From: Octopus sinensis
Lineage: Eukaryota
Length of the DNA: 64,000 nt
NCBI RefSeq assembly: GCF_006345805.1
Contig: NC_042997.1
Location: 175,398,001 to 175,462,000, forward strand
Direction of reading: 5' to 3'
Part shown: positions 27,918 through 41,210 of the stretch, one piece after another
Position numbering within the stretch: position 1 is the first letter of the stretch
Layout: every line of letters starts with the position of its first letter
Position numbers and translations under genes: made by a program
Notes under the pieces: generated by a model
Told to the model about the DNA's origin: nothing
Databases searched by the model: none
The model's input: only the letters and a program-made list of their open reading frames with translations

Positions 27918-28059
27918 GTGTTCTGTATCTTAAAGCACTTGCACTGTGTTCATGATTAATAAGTATAGCGATAACTGCTGCTAGATGCCCTGGCCATCAT
28001 AATTCCAATATGCACTTCAAACATGTACCTTTGTGTGCAGCAAACAACTTTGGTCTACA

Positions 28060-29230
28060 CAGAAAGTTATAAAGAGAGCTTTATAAGCTACAAATCTCTT
28101 TCAGTACATGAACTACAACTAAATGCAACTAATGATTGAAGCAGTGCACATACAGAATTTCCTTTCCAATTTTCTGTTGCATTATTTTCTGAACACCACC
28201 AGTACAGCCAGACATTACTGTGACACCATAACAGCATTGAGATAAAATGCTTTCTGGCTTTAGCCCAGGATCTTCAATACTCTGAATAATTGCATTATCC
28301 AAACTTTCAGCATTAGAGTCATTGCACACAGTGAAAGCAATAAGACTTTCTGGCATGACCCCTGCTTTTACAAATCTCACAATCATTGAAATATTTTCAG
28401 TATTAGTTGGGTCACGAATTCCATCACATTTAATTGTAAAGAAAGGGATATCTGTTTGATGAATATCGTCACTCATCTCATTCAAATTAGCATCTTTCAT
28501 AAGTTGTATAATTTCATTTTGCAACATAAGCGATGTGTACAACCCATTTTTAGGTATCATTGAAAATATTTCTTTTAGTTTGGAATCTTTTGTAAGAGTA
28601 TATTCAAAGAGCCGTAAAAATAGCCTGGAAACCTCATTTTCAATAATCTTGTCAAGACATTGCAATATTTTCATTGTGATCACCCCAATGTGCAAATTCA
28701 TTAACACATAAAAATTGAATTACTTCTTCAATAGATTGTATTGGTTTTCATTCACCATTGTAGATATGTTCTGGTTGGTTGTCCTACATTTCTGCCTTTC
28801 ACCCCAAACTTTCATAGCATTTTTATGTGCAGCAGAATTCTCATGCCTGCAAAAAGCTTTGCTTTTTTAATAAAGCATTGTGCCAGTTGGTATATCCTTC
28901 AACTTTAAAACTATTGTCAACATTCTGGGATATACAAAAATGACTACGATAGCAGAAAGCAGTCTTAAACAGAACTGAGAATTCTAACAAAAGTCTGCCA
29001 TTGAACCATGAAGCACAAAAATCCAAGTGTTTTTTTTTAACTATATTGTTTAAGGATACACTGATAATTTTGGTTGATATGGCATATCTAATCCAGTTTG
29101 GTTAACACATCATGTTCTGTAAGTTGTATAAAATCAGCCACTAAAGAAGTTAAAGGGTGGTGTAATGATTCAATAAATTGTGGTTTATTTGAAATGGAAG
29201 AAATCTCGGTCATTTCATTTTCGCAAGTTT
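28060..29230 (-). mobile_element. hAT transposase relic (ZMYM1-like/DUF4371 type with TTF-like zinc finger)
   Basis: ORF 28129-28707: YTSLMLQNEIIQ...FFTIKCDG...ENISMIVRFV...GVQ...YVHCFNH. Upstream frames with stops give PYQPKLSVYP, FCASWF and FKVEGYTNW. Confidence 0.85.
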
Positions 29231-31559
29231 GGAGGTTTTAGAATTTCTGACTGAAAACTTGTTGTTTCATTGCCTTTTAATTTAATAAAATACAATTTTT
29301 CTAATCAAGCAAAATAGAATAAAATTGCTTTAAAGAAAAGCAGACTATTAATAGTTATTATTTTGGAAAATAGTGTTCTGAGAATTTTCTCAAAAACTAG
29401 CCAAAACAACTATTCTGACTCTAAATTTTTAAGCTTTTGCATAATTTTGATCAGAAAGATAGTTCAAGTTGTGAGGGCAAAATACAATTATAGAAAATCT
29501 GAAGAACTTCTTACAATTTTTCAGTGACAATTGAGGAAAGAACATGGAATTCTCAATGCTAGCACTCAAGTGTCTAAGTGAATGTGTTTGTAGGTGTATA
29601 TGTATCTGTGTGTGCGTATTTATACATAAATGTGTATGTGTGTGTGTGCATGTATTTGAGTGTACATATACATATATACATGTGTGTGCAGAATATTGTC
29701 TTCATTTACAGTTGAGTGGCATTCTCTTCCTTTCCTCTGGGGAGTTTTATTGACCAGTATTTTATTCTTGGAATGTTAAGGTGGTCAATATATGGGTTTA
29801 AATGGCACTGGAACAAACTGCAGTGTGTGTGTGTGTCTGTAGATGGAATCTGAAGTGGTATTGATAAAGTGTAAATGAATAAATTGTAAACAGACAAAAG
29901 CAATTCATACAGTAGTGCCAGGGATTTAAAACGTTGGTGGGAGAAGAATAAGAACAAAAGGCAGAGAGGGGGGATTCCTCCTCCCCTAACTGCTACCTAT
30001 ACTCATTGCTTATCTTTTCCTGTCAGCTATCACCCCTGACTGACTTATCTGCTTAATGGGATTCCTTTGACCATCAGTGGCACTCCCTTTCATCACACTG
30101 ACCTCAGCTTTACCTTCTCCACTCCTCTCTTTGTTTCATCTATATGTATGTGTATGTATGCTTGTAGGTGTGTGTGTGTGTTGGGGAGGTACATATGTGT
30201 ATGTATTCTTCAGAGCACCAGTAGTATATAAATCTACATTCCATCAACACTGTGGTCTTATTTTTTCCATTCAGTATTTCTATCATTTCTCAGTGAAATC
30301 TTGTTTATCATTTTAAACATTGGTCTGTTGCTAGGTTCTGAGTTCAAATTCACCCGACCCCACCCCTTCAGGAAATCAGGTGGTCTTTGCCTTTCATTCT
30401 TTTTCCAATTGATAAATTAAGTACTGGTATAATCCACCCCCATCCCCAAATTTCTGGCCTTATGCCTTTAGTAGAAAGGATTATTCTAAAATATATTATT
30501 ATTTTAAAATTTCTGGTTTAACTTTTTAGCATTTAATCTGGCCATCTCTGACCAAAATGTTCTACCTGTTTTATGTTAAAACTGACCACATCCAATCCTC
30601 TCCCACATATCCTACAATGCCATTCTAAAAATATACCAACCCACCATTGAAACCTTGAAGCTACTAGATAATACATGAATAATTCAAAGCAATGTGAATA
30701 AATAAGCATTACATTTGACAAAGAAATTGGAATGCTAGAGGGTTAAGACAAATTAGTCAGACTTCAAGAAATGTATTACTCTTTACTCTCTTTTATTCTT
30801 TTACTAGTTTCAGTCATTTGACTGGGGCCATGCTGGAGCACCGCCTTTAGTCGAGCAAATCGACCCCAGGACTTATTCTTTGTAAGCCTAGTACTTATTC
30901 TATCAGTCTCTTTTGCCGAACCGCTAAGTTATGGGGGACGTAAACACACCAGCATCGGTTGTCAAGTGATGTTGGTGGGGGGGAACAAACGCAGACACAC
31001 GCACACACATATATATATATACATACAATGGGCTTCGTTCAGCTTCCATCTACCAAATCCACTCACAAGGCTATAGTAGAAGACACTTCCCCAAGGTGCC
31101 ATGCAGTGGGACTGAACCCGGAACCATGTGATTCATTAGCAAGCTACTTACCACACAGCCACTCCTGCATCTATTGCAGGATGATTTTTGTAAACTACAT
31201 TTTCTGAATCTGAGGGTGCACTTTTGAATAGCGAGGGGCCTGTGCTGTCTAGTGTTCTCTTCACCTCTTTAGTGACAGGCTTGGACTATAGTAAAAGACA
31301 CTTGACCAAGGTGTTATGTGGTGGAACTGAAATTGGAACTAAGTGATCAGAAACAAAACTTTTCGACCACACAGCCATTCTTGTCCTATAAGCTATGCTT
31401 ATGCCTATACCGTATGTCTGTGCCTATTCTAATTTCGTGTTATTGCAGTAGAAGTGGCATTGGGTTGTTCTTGTTTAAAACTCCAGGTTAGCACCAATCA
31501 AGGAGAATAATTGTCAGACATTTCAGTCATGATCACCTTGCTTTTTTATTAATAGCTGC

Positions 31560-31910
31560 TTAACGAAGTGCCGATCTCCAAATGTGGAGGGAACTTTTTG
31601 GGGAGATAGACCCAGGAAGATTTGGGACGAAGTGGTGAGAAAGGATCTTCAGATGCTGGGCCTCACTGAAAAGATAACAAGTGACCAGAACTTGTGGCAA
31701 TTTGCTGTACTTGAGAAGACACATCAAGCTAAATAAATCACGACTATCTATACATACAGGCATGCCTTTTGCAGGTGCTAGTACCATGTAAATGTACTCA
31801 TGCCACTGCTCCATACATGCACCCATGCAGGTGGTACCCATGCAGCACACTCTGGACATTAGGAAGGGCATGCAGCCATAGAAGCCACACCAAAGCAGAC
31901 AATTGAAGAT
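31560..31910 (+). mobile_element. RTE-type LINE 3' end (ORF end plus 3' UTR)
   Basis: WDEVVRKDLQMLGLTEKITSDQNLWQFAVLEKT followed by the aggaagggcatccagc tail motif. Confidence 0.75.
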
Positions 31911-33444
31911 TGGTCAGCACCTATCAAACCATCATACAGTTTTTTTTTTTAAAGCATTCGCTCATTACAAGGTCCTTAGACCACTGAAAATGTAAGACAC
32001 GAGCTGACAGTACCTGGTATGGGCCCCTATCCAGGGTTGCAGAAAGGAGACAACCTACAAAGAAATCCAGAATGGAGCCCCGTAGGTAGTTTAGTATTTG
32101 ACTCAATACTGTTTCCGAATTTACCTCTTTAATTATTGTTTGTCTCAGATATTCCAAACACTTCTCAGTTGCAGTCCATATATTTCAAAAGAGAGATTTG
32201 ATAACACATGTATGTGCGCACGCACATACCCACAAAATCTTAGACATAAACACACACAAATCTACTTAATGCCATGTAACTGAGTTTAAGTATAGCCTTT
32301 CAGTCCTTGATGTTCAAGAAGCAGTTAAACTGACATCATACTTACTACTAAAAGTTTATTGACACTCTTATGAAAGTAAGTGTTGCTCAATATCCTGGTT
32401 TATCTTTTCCATGCATAAATTGCTATTTAAGGATGTCTCTATGACCTACTGATCACTAAGGCTTCACAAAGCACACAACACTCCTCCCCTCCCCTCCTAG
32501 CTCAGCTTATGGGTTTTTTTCCTGTTAAGTGGATAACATATATTAAAAAGGTAGTTTATATCATCCATTTCTCGGAAAAGAAAAAAAACTGGAATTAACC
32601 AAGTGACATTTGTACCCTAAAATACGATTGTTTTTTACTTGTGACATTTCCGATGTACTACTAAAATTTAGACATAAAATATTGACCAACCAGCAGACTA
32701 TGGGAATTTACAACCTAAAAGTGTTTTAAATAGTTATATGGCTAACTAATTACAAATTTATAAATAACTTGTCAGCCACATGTATTCACTTTTCAGTCCT
32801 AGATTGAACCTCCAAAAGCAAATTTCAAACATAGCCCAAGTTGTGGCTGTGTGGTTAAGAAGTTTGCTTTCTAACCATGTGGTCTTAGGATCGATTTCAT
32901 TGTATGGCACTTTGGCTAAGTGTCTTCTACTATAGCCCCAGGTCAACCAAAGCCTTGTGAGTTGATACATCCCTGTCTTGGCATTTTATTTTTATCACTG
33001 TTGTATCTCATCTCAATTGTGTATCTTAATTTCTTGTTTATTTATCACTCCTCTCTTTCTCTTTCCTACGTTTAACCTTTTCTCCCCACTCCCATTAAAA
33101 AAAATTCTTTTGTCTTTCTCAGTATTTTATATTAACCTTAGTTCCTTGGTAAGATTCTCTGCCAATTTTCCCCATCCTCTTGAAAAAAAAAACCCACTTA
33201 AAATATCATCATCATCATTTAACATCCTTGTTCAATATTGGCGTAGGTTGGATGGTTTGATAAGATCAATAGACCCAACAACTGCGTCATGCTCTTGTGT
33301 TAGCTTTGGCATTGGTTATCCTTCCTAATGCCGACCAATTTACAGTGCATGTGGGGTGTTGTTTTGTAATTTACTTTCAAAGATTCCAATAGGAAAAAAA
33401 TGGAAGCATTCAACTTCTAATATGAACTATTTTGTATTTTTCAG

Positions 33445-33669
33445 GAACTAGTAAGGAAAGGCATACCTCACCCATTCCGAGGACTTGCCTGGCAGCTTCT
33501 GCTTAACGTTCATGATTCTCCTGCCAAAGAACGCTATGTAGACTACCTGAAGAAGACTTCCCCGAGTGAGAAGCTGATCAGGAGGGATATTGCACGCACA
33601 TTCCCAGACCATGACTTCTTCAAAGAGAAGGATGGCCTTGGTCAGGAGAGTCTCTTCAATGTGATGAAG
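33445..33669 (+). CDS. EVI5: EVI5-like exon, TBC start (ELVRKGIPHPFRGLAWQLL...IRRDIARTFPDHDFFKEKDGLGQESLFNVMK)
   Basis: ttttcag/gtgag boundaries, 75 codons; IxxDxxR arginine-finger motif of TBC GAPs. Confidence 0.97.
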
Positions 33670-33769
33670 GTGAGTTATATTTGATATGTATATATATACC
33701 AGAGTAAACACATAAATGTGAAACAAGGTGGAAAAAAGAGTACTCAAATACCAGTGGTAGAGTAATATG

Positions 33770-33923
33770 CTTTATTTTAAGCAGCAGAAAATTCAACAAA
33801 ATCTGTTACTCTGAGTTTCTCGTTGCCGTTCATCAGACAGTTCTAGCAAAAACTGTCTGATGAACGGCAACGAGAAACTCAGAGTAACAGATTTTGTTGA
33901 ATTTTCTGCTGCTTAAAATAAAG
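33770..33923. repeat. Perfect inverted repeat, 73-bp arms, 8-nt spacer
   Basis: 33770-33842 is the reverse complement of 33851-33923. Confidence 0.97.
33847..33896 (+). ncRNA. Minimal type I hammerhead ribozyme motif (core mirrored on - strand)
   Basis: caaaaactgt-CTGATGA-a-cg gcaa cg-a-GAA-ACTCAGAGT-A-acagattttg. Helix I is 9/10 bp, GNRA-capped helix II, GUA cleavage triplet. Confidence 0.72.
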
Positions 33924-34821
33924 TATATATATATATATATATATATTAATCAAAGTATATTTGTTTACTACCCACAAGGGGCTAAACACAGAGGGGACAA
34001 ACAAGGACAGACAAAGAGATTAAGTTGATTACATTGACCCCGAGTGTGTAACTGGTACTTAATTTATCGACCCCGAAAGGATGAAAGGCAAAGTCGACCT
34101 CAGCGGAATTTGAACTCGGAACGTAACGACAGACAAAATACAGCTACGCATTTCGCCCGGCATGCTATCGTTTCTGCCAGCTCACCGCCTTATATTAATC
34201 AAAGTATAAAGTATTATTGATCCATTTCAGCCAATCTTACAAATAGGTTTCACATTGGATAACAAGGTGGCTATCTAATACATGGTGCTCTTCAGGGTTG
34301 GCAGGTATGGAAGCCATCCCTATAGATCTATTGTACTGTATACTTAGATTAATATACCCGCTCTGTTATATAACTGTACGAGTGCCTATTTTACCTGACT
34401 TATGGATTCTTAGATAACTATAGGTGTGAGTGTGTGTGCGTGTATTTTATATTTACTGGTATTTGTGTCTTATTCATTTTTAAATTTTAGTGAGTGTTTT
34501 TAGTAGTTATCTCATTTAACAAAGCCACTCTTTAGCAAAATCTAATCTCTCCCATCAAGAAGTAATTCTTGATGGGCTGCTTCCTGTTTCAGCTATCTAG
34601 TTTCTTCCTTTTTTTCTGCTCCAATCTCTCTCTCTCTCTCTCTCAAAAGAAGAAAGTAAAGAAACCTGATTAACAGAGTAATAGACTCCAAACCAAAGTG
34701 TCAATGGTTCATAGCTTGTCTCCAGCAATCTCATAATCAAGATACTTAACTCCCAGTGGCTCAGTCAACAAAGCTGTAAACATATAAATATCCTTAAAGA
34801 AATTTTTATTTTTAATAGTTA

Positions 34822-35197
34822 CGGCTGTGTGGTAAGAAGCTTGCTAACCAACCACATGGTTCCGGGTTCAGTCCCACTGCGTGGCATCTTGGGCAAGTGT
34901 CTTCTGCTATAGCCCCGGGCCAACCAATGCCTTGTGAGTGGATTTGGTAGATGGAAACTGAAAGAAGCCTGTCGTATATATGTATGTGTGTTTATGTGTC
35001 TGTGTTTGTCCCCCTAGCATTGCTTGACAACCGATGCTAGTGTGTTTACGTCCCCGTCACTTAGCGGTTCGGCAAAAGAACCGATAGAATAAGTACTGGA
35101 CTTACAAAGAATAAGTCCCGGGGGCGATTTGCTCGACTAAAGGCGGTGCTCCAGCATGGCCGCAGTCAAATGACTGAAACAAGTAAAAGAGTAAAAG
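34822..35197 (+). mobile_element. tRNA-derived SINE, family A (well preserved)
   Basis: Near-identical to the 9027 and 37077 copies; CpGs largely retained. Confidence 0.9.
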
Positions 35198-35748
35198 ATA
35201 ATTTTAGTTAATTGTAGATTTTAAGCTCACTGTATTACAGTGTATTTGAGACTTCTCTCCTTGTTTCTTTCTGTGTTCCTTTCTGTGGAAGAGCCTAGGC
35301 TCGAAACGTTAAAGACTTTTTCACTTCCTGAGCATTATACTAATACTTCTGTTTGTTATCTACACCACCTGCCTTCGTCTTTTGTTTTTTTTTTTGTGAA
35401 TTCTCCCTATATATATATATATATATATATTTGATATGCCAAACATTCCTCTGAGTATTTTTCCCCCCAGCTTTCTTGCAGATATTTGGAATCAACACCG
35501 CTACAGTTCCTCTATTTCTGTGTATGATATAATGGGCTCTTCTAAGTCTAACATCATTAAAGATATGTAATAAAATAAAATTGAAACATGTCCAATTGCT
35601 TTCACCATATAGCAGTTGGCTTTAAAAATAAAATCTATTCTATCCCTATCTATATTGTAAAAGTAACTAGTATTTTTGTTTATTTTGTTAGTGAAAATTT
35701 TATGTTGAATATATATTAATGTTGCTGTTGTTGTTATCACTGTTCCAG

Positions 35749-35823
35749 GCCTATTCCTTACATGACAGGGAAGTGGGATACTGCCAAGGTAGTGGTTTCA
35801 TTGTAGGATTGTTACTCATGCAG
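35749..35823 (+). CDS. EVI5: EVI5-like exon (AYSLHDREVGYCQGSGFIVGLLLMQ)
   Basis: ttccag/gtaag boundaries, 25 codons; YxQ glutamine-finger motif (GYCQG). Confidence 0.97.
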
Positions 35824-35860
35824 GTAAGTTGATTAGTCTCTTTTATATTCATAGAAATAT

Positions 35861-35894
<34 letters not shown>

Positions 35895-35907
35895 TACACA
35901 CACACAC

Positions 35908-35962
<55 letters not shown>

Positions 35963-36017
35963 TGTTATGAAATAAAAAAAACCAAGGCTGTGTAGATTTT
36001 AGAACATTTATAAATAG

Positions 36018-36065
36018 GTCTTACAGCTGTTTCTAGGATATTTATTATATCCCTTCATCAGAGAC
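36018..36065 (-). ncRNA. Minimal type I hammerhead ribozyme motif, Penelope pLTR-like
   Basis: Minus strand reads gtct-CTGATGA-a-gggata taataaa tatcct-a-GAA-ACAGCTGT-A-agac; helix III is self-complementary. Confidence 0.72.
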
Positions 36066-37969
36066 TGTGTGAGAAGATGGTTAAGCAATAGTTAATTTAG
36101 ATAAGATATGAAATAGAGAGTGAGGTAGAGGAATGAAAATCATATATATAATGATAAAGAATATTGTTTTTCTCTTTCGAAAAAGTTTTTCACAAAATTG
36201 CTTGGAAGTGCTCAGGTCAAACCTGAAACCCTAGACATTATATAACTTGGTATTAGAAGAGACAAAACTGTAGATAATCATTCTATATTTATGATCTAGA
36301 TCAACATAATAAATAAATACATATAACATAAAATTACATCAAGACAAGGAACGTATCTATATATTATTTAGAAAGAAATAAGAGTTATATGAGGTAAAAA
36401 TGTACACGAAAAGGGTAAATAAATAACAGTTGATATATCAATTAAAAATCATATTAAATTTAAGCTTAAAGTTAAAAAAACGTTGAAGTAAGGATTAAAA
36501 GTTATAAGGTACATTGACAGTAGTAAGAAATCCTAATTATGGATTTAAAAGTTTAGAAGAGTTCCAAAGATGTGTTTGTAGAGGGTTATAATGTCAATAT
36601 AAAGCTATTCAATGACTGTTTCTGGAGTCTATTAGTCAACAGGTATGTATCCTTTAGAAACCATCAGAGGGCATGAAGCCCTAGAAACCTTGCCAAATCA
36701 GACTGGCACCTGGTACAGCACTCCAGCTTACCAGTTCCAGTCCAACTGTCTAACCCATGCCAGCATGGAAAGCAGACATTAAATGATGAGGGTGATGATG
36801 AGACACACATGTGCAATGAGCTTCTGCGAAGTTTCCCCTCTGTCAATTTCATTCATAGAGCATTGATTGGCCTGAAGCTATGGTAGAAAACATGTGGGAC
36901 CAAACCCAAGTTCATGTAATTGTGAAGCAAACTTCTTAACTTCACGGTTAACATCTTTGAGAAAGGGCTTCCAATATAGTTCCAGGTTGACTAATGCTTT
37001 ATAATTGAATTTGATAAAAAGAAACTCTTCAAAGCCTGTTGTGTGTGCGTGTGATATATACACGTCTATATATGTATAGGCCCATAGTATGGCTGTGTGG
37101 TAAGTAGCTTGCTAACCAACCACATGGTTCCGGGTTCAGTTCCACTGTGTGGCATCTTGGGCAAGTGTCTTCTGCTATAGCCTCGGGCCGACCAATGCCT
37201 TGTGAGTGGATTTGGTAGACGGAAACTGAAAGAAGCCTATCGTATATATGTGTTTGTGTGTGTGTGTTTGTCCCCCTAGCATTGCTTGACAACCGATGCT
37301 GGTGTGTTTACGTCCCTGTCACTTAGCGGTTCGGCAAAAGAGACCGATAGAATAAGTACTGGGCTTACAAAGAATAAGTCCCGGGGTCGATTTGCTCGAC
37401 TAAAGGCGGTGCTCCAACATGGCCGCAGTCAAATGACTGAAACAAGTAAAAGAGTATGTCTATATATGTATAGGCCCATAGTATGGCTGTGTGGTAAGAA
37501 GTTTACTTCCCAACCACATGGTTCCAGATTCAGTTCAACTATACGACTATTTGGTTATTCACGAATGGATTTGATAGATGGAAACTGAAAGAACCTTGTC
37601 ATATATCATCATCATCATCATCATTTAACGTCCGCTTTCCATGCTAGCATGGGTTGGACAATTTTACTGAGGTCTGGCGAACCAGACTCCAATCTGATCT
37701 GGCAGAGTTTCTATAGCTGGATGCCCTTCCTAATGCCAACCATTCCGAGAGTGTAGTGGGTGCTTTTACGTGCCACCAGCACAAGGGCCAGTTAGGTGGT
37801 ACTGGCAACGTCCACGCTCAAATCGTGCTTTTTATGTGCCACTTGCACAGGAGCCAGTCCAGCGGCAATGGCAATGACCTCACTCGAATGTTTTTTTTTC
37901 ACATGCCACCAGCACAAGTGCTAGTAAGGCGACGTAGGTAACGATCACGCTCAAATGGTGTTTTAACTC

Positions 37970-38048
<79 letters not shown>

Positions 38049-39860
38049 TGCCGGTGGCATGTAAAAAGCACCATCTGATCATGGCCATTTACCAACCTCG
38101 TCTGGCACGTAAAAAGCACCCACTACACTCACGGAGTGGTTGGCGTTAGGAAGGGCATCCAGCCTTAGAAACACTGCCAGATCAGACTGGGCCTGGTGCA
38201 GCCTTCTGGCTTCCCAGACCCCAGTTGAACCGTCCAACCCATGCTAGCATGGAAAGTGGACGCAAAACGATGATGATGATTATGATGATAATCAGTGGTG
38301 AGTTGTTTACATCCCTGTAGCATAGCAGTTTAGCAAAAGAAGCCAATAGAATAAATACCAAGCCTAAATAATGAGTGCAGGGTATTGATTCGTTTGAATA
38401 AACCTTATAGGGCAGTGCCCCAGCATGGCTGCAGCTCAGTGACTGATACAAATAAAAGATTTATATATACTCTATAGTCATAAGCTGAACATAATGCTTG
38501 TCTAGTCTAAGCTAGTGTACATCAAGGATAGTTAAAATAATAAGTTAAATTATATAACACTAAAAAAAGGTTTATTATTTCCTTTATCGTTTTCATCTCC
38601 TCTTTTGCTATCCCCTTAGCACACCAACATAAACAGACTCTGTTTTACATATTTTGCAATTTTTCTTTTTCACTTATACTAAATAATTGTTTAATTGTAC
38701 TTTTGGCACAAGATTTGATCTGCCATCATGTATTTAAGCTTAAAAGAAAATTGTAATCCTGACCCTAACAAGAGTTGTCTCTGTTATCATTCGTATTTGT
38801 TTCAAAATGTTTCACCATACATTTACATAAAGCTTGGTTACTAATGGTCCAATTCCTTATCCGTTTTCATAACAACAGAGACTGAAATGCAGCATAATGG
38901 ACTGTCTGTGTCTAAAGTTGATGCACAATAATATAAATTATGTTGAAAAATAGTAAATGTAATGTTTATGTATATCCACTATATGTATAGTGTTTTAAGT
39001 CATCCCTTGGACTGACATTACCACAATGCATTGTATGTTGTTGTTATTAGTATTAATTCAAAGGTAGTGAGCTGGCAGAATCGTTAGCATGCTGGACAAA
39101 ATGTTTAGCAGCATTCCATCTATCTTTAAGTTCTGAGTTTGAATTCCACCAGGGTTGATTTTGCCTTTCATCCTTTCGGGATCGATAAATTAAGTACCAG
39201 TTGTATAATGGGGTCAATCTAATCGACTGCCCCCTCCCCCAAATTTCAGGCCTTGTGCCTTTAGTAGAAGGATTATAATTATTAATTCATTATTAATTTA
39301 TATAAGTGGTAGATATATAATTTGATGATTAATACTGTTTAGAGATTAGATTCAGTAATTCTAAAATAAAATATACGCTGGTTTTTTTTAATAATCATAT
39401 AATCAATTTTAATTAGTCAGTGACATTTGTAATTTACAATTAAATTCATGTCTGTTGAAACAAGCAAAAGTAATAATAATAATCCTTTCTACTATAGGCA
39501 CAAGGCCTGGATTTTATGGGGAGGGGGACAGTCAATCACATCGACCCCAGTACTCAACTGGTATTTTATTTATCAATCCCAAAAGGATGAAATGCAAAGT
39601 TGACCATGGCAGAATTTGATCTTAGAACATGAAGTTGGACAAAATGCTGCTAAGCATTTTGCCCAGCATGCTAACAATTCTGCCAGCTCACCATCTAGTA
39701 ATAATAATAATAAGAAGGCCTGAAATTTGGGGGGGAGGGGACTAGTCAATTACATCGACCCTGGAGTTTCACTGGTACTTAATTTATCAACCCTGAAAGG
39801 TTGAAAGGCAAAGTCACTCTGGCAGAATTTGAACTCAGAACATAAATAATAATAATAATG

Positions 39861-39899
<39 letters not shown>

Positions 39900-40779
39900 T
39901 AATAATAACAGCAACAACAGTTTTAAAATTTTGGCACAAGGCCAGCAAGTTCAGGAGAGAGCTAAGTCAATTACATCACATGTTCTTGTTGATGCAATTG
40001 TTAAAAAACTTACTGTATCAATTATCATTGCAGCAACAAAATTCTAAGAAGAAATTGAATTACATTTTGATCAGCTAATGTCTAAACCTTTATTTATTTA
40101 TATATTTTAATTTTATGTGCCATGCCTCCATGGACTGCTTTGCTAAGGTCTGAAGAATCATGGTTTTGTGGGAAAAGAAACAGCAATGGTTTATTGTTAC
40201 CTTTTGCCAGTTTATTTACAATTTATTTTCCTAGCCTCCTGCACTCTCGAGCTTACCCTTGAGGCACAGAGCCTATTTAACCCTAAGGCAGAAGACTGGT
40301 TCCCATGACATCGGGATACTAGTGAACCTGTGTCACATGTCTAGGGGCCAACCCTCATCTTAGTCCTATACACTTTTGAAAGAGGGTCATCTATTTGACA
40401 CATAACTGGGGCTCTTCACAGATATTACCACTCTGGGCTAAAGCTGACTGGAGAGTAGTAATAACTAAGGGTAAATCTGCACTCCCCAAACTCCTAAAGT
40501 CTCAAGCTGGAGCATCACTGCTGAATCCAATTTACTGTCTTGCCCAGCACAAAATCCTTGAGTTGCAGCAACAAAAACTAATGCATTGATGGCACATAAG
40601 TCTATCATGATGAATGGTTATAAATCTTTCCTTTACATGGTTGATAGTCCTGTTCACTGGATTCTCTACATATAAACAAACAAATCTAAACTTAGTTATA
40701 CATGAACAAATTCAACTTGAATAAAGAAACGGAAGCAAGGACAGTTACCATACCAGAATGTATGAATGTAGACAGTTGC

Positions 40780-41210
40780 ACACAGAAGTGCTGATCACTT
40801 AAAGTGGATGGAAATTGTAGAAGCGGGAAACCCAGGAAGACATGGGACAAAGTATTGGAGGCTGATCTCAAGACACTGAGTCTTACAAAGGAGATGACTA
40901 AGGACCGAGATATCTGGCACACTGCTGTATTTGAGAAGACCCATCCACCACAGCAGAATTGATATCAATGCTTGTTCCACATAAAAAGCACTCAATGCTG
41001 GTGGCATATTAAAAAGATTGATGATGGTGCCACATAAAATGCACCCAGCACACTCTGTGGAGTGATTGGTGTTAGGAAGTGCATCCAGTTGTAGAAACCC
41101 TGCCAGGTACAGACAATGGGACCTGGTATGACCCCTGGCCTTACCAGCTCTGGACAAGCTGTCCATCCCATGCCAGTATGGAAAATGGACATATTATTAT
41201 TATTATAATG
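40780..41210 (+). mobile_element. RTE-type LINE 3' end
   Basis: GKPRKTWDKVLEADLKTLSLTKEMTKDRDIWHTAVFEKT followed by the shared 3' UTR and a short (ATT)n tail. Confidence 0.8.
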
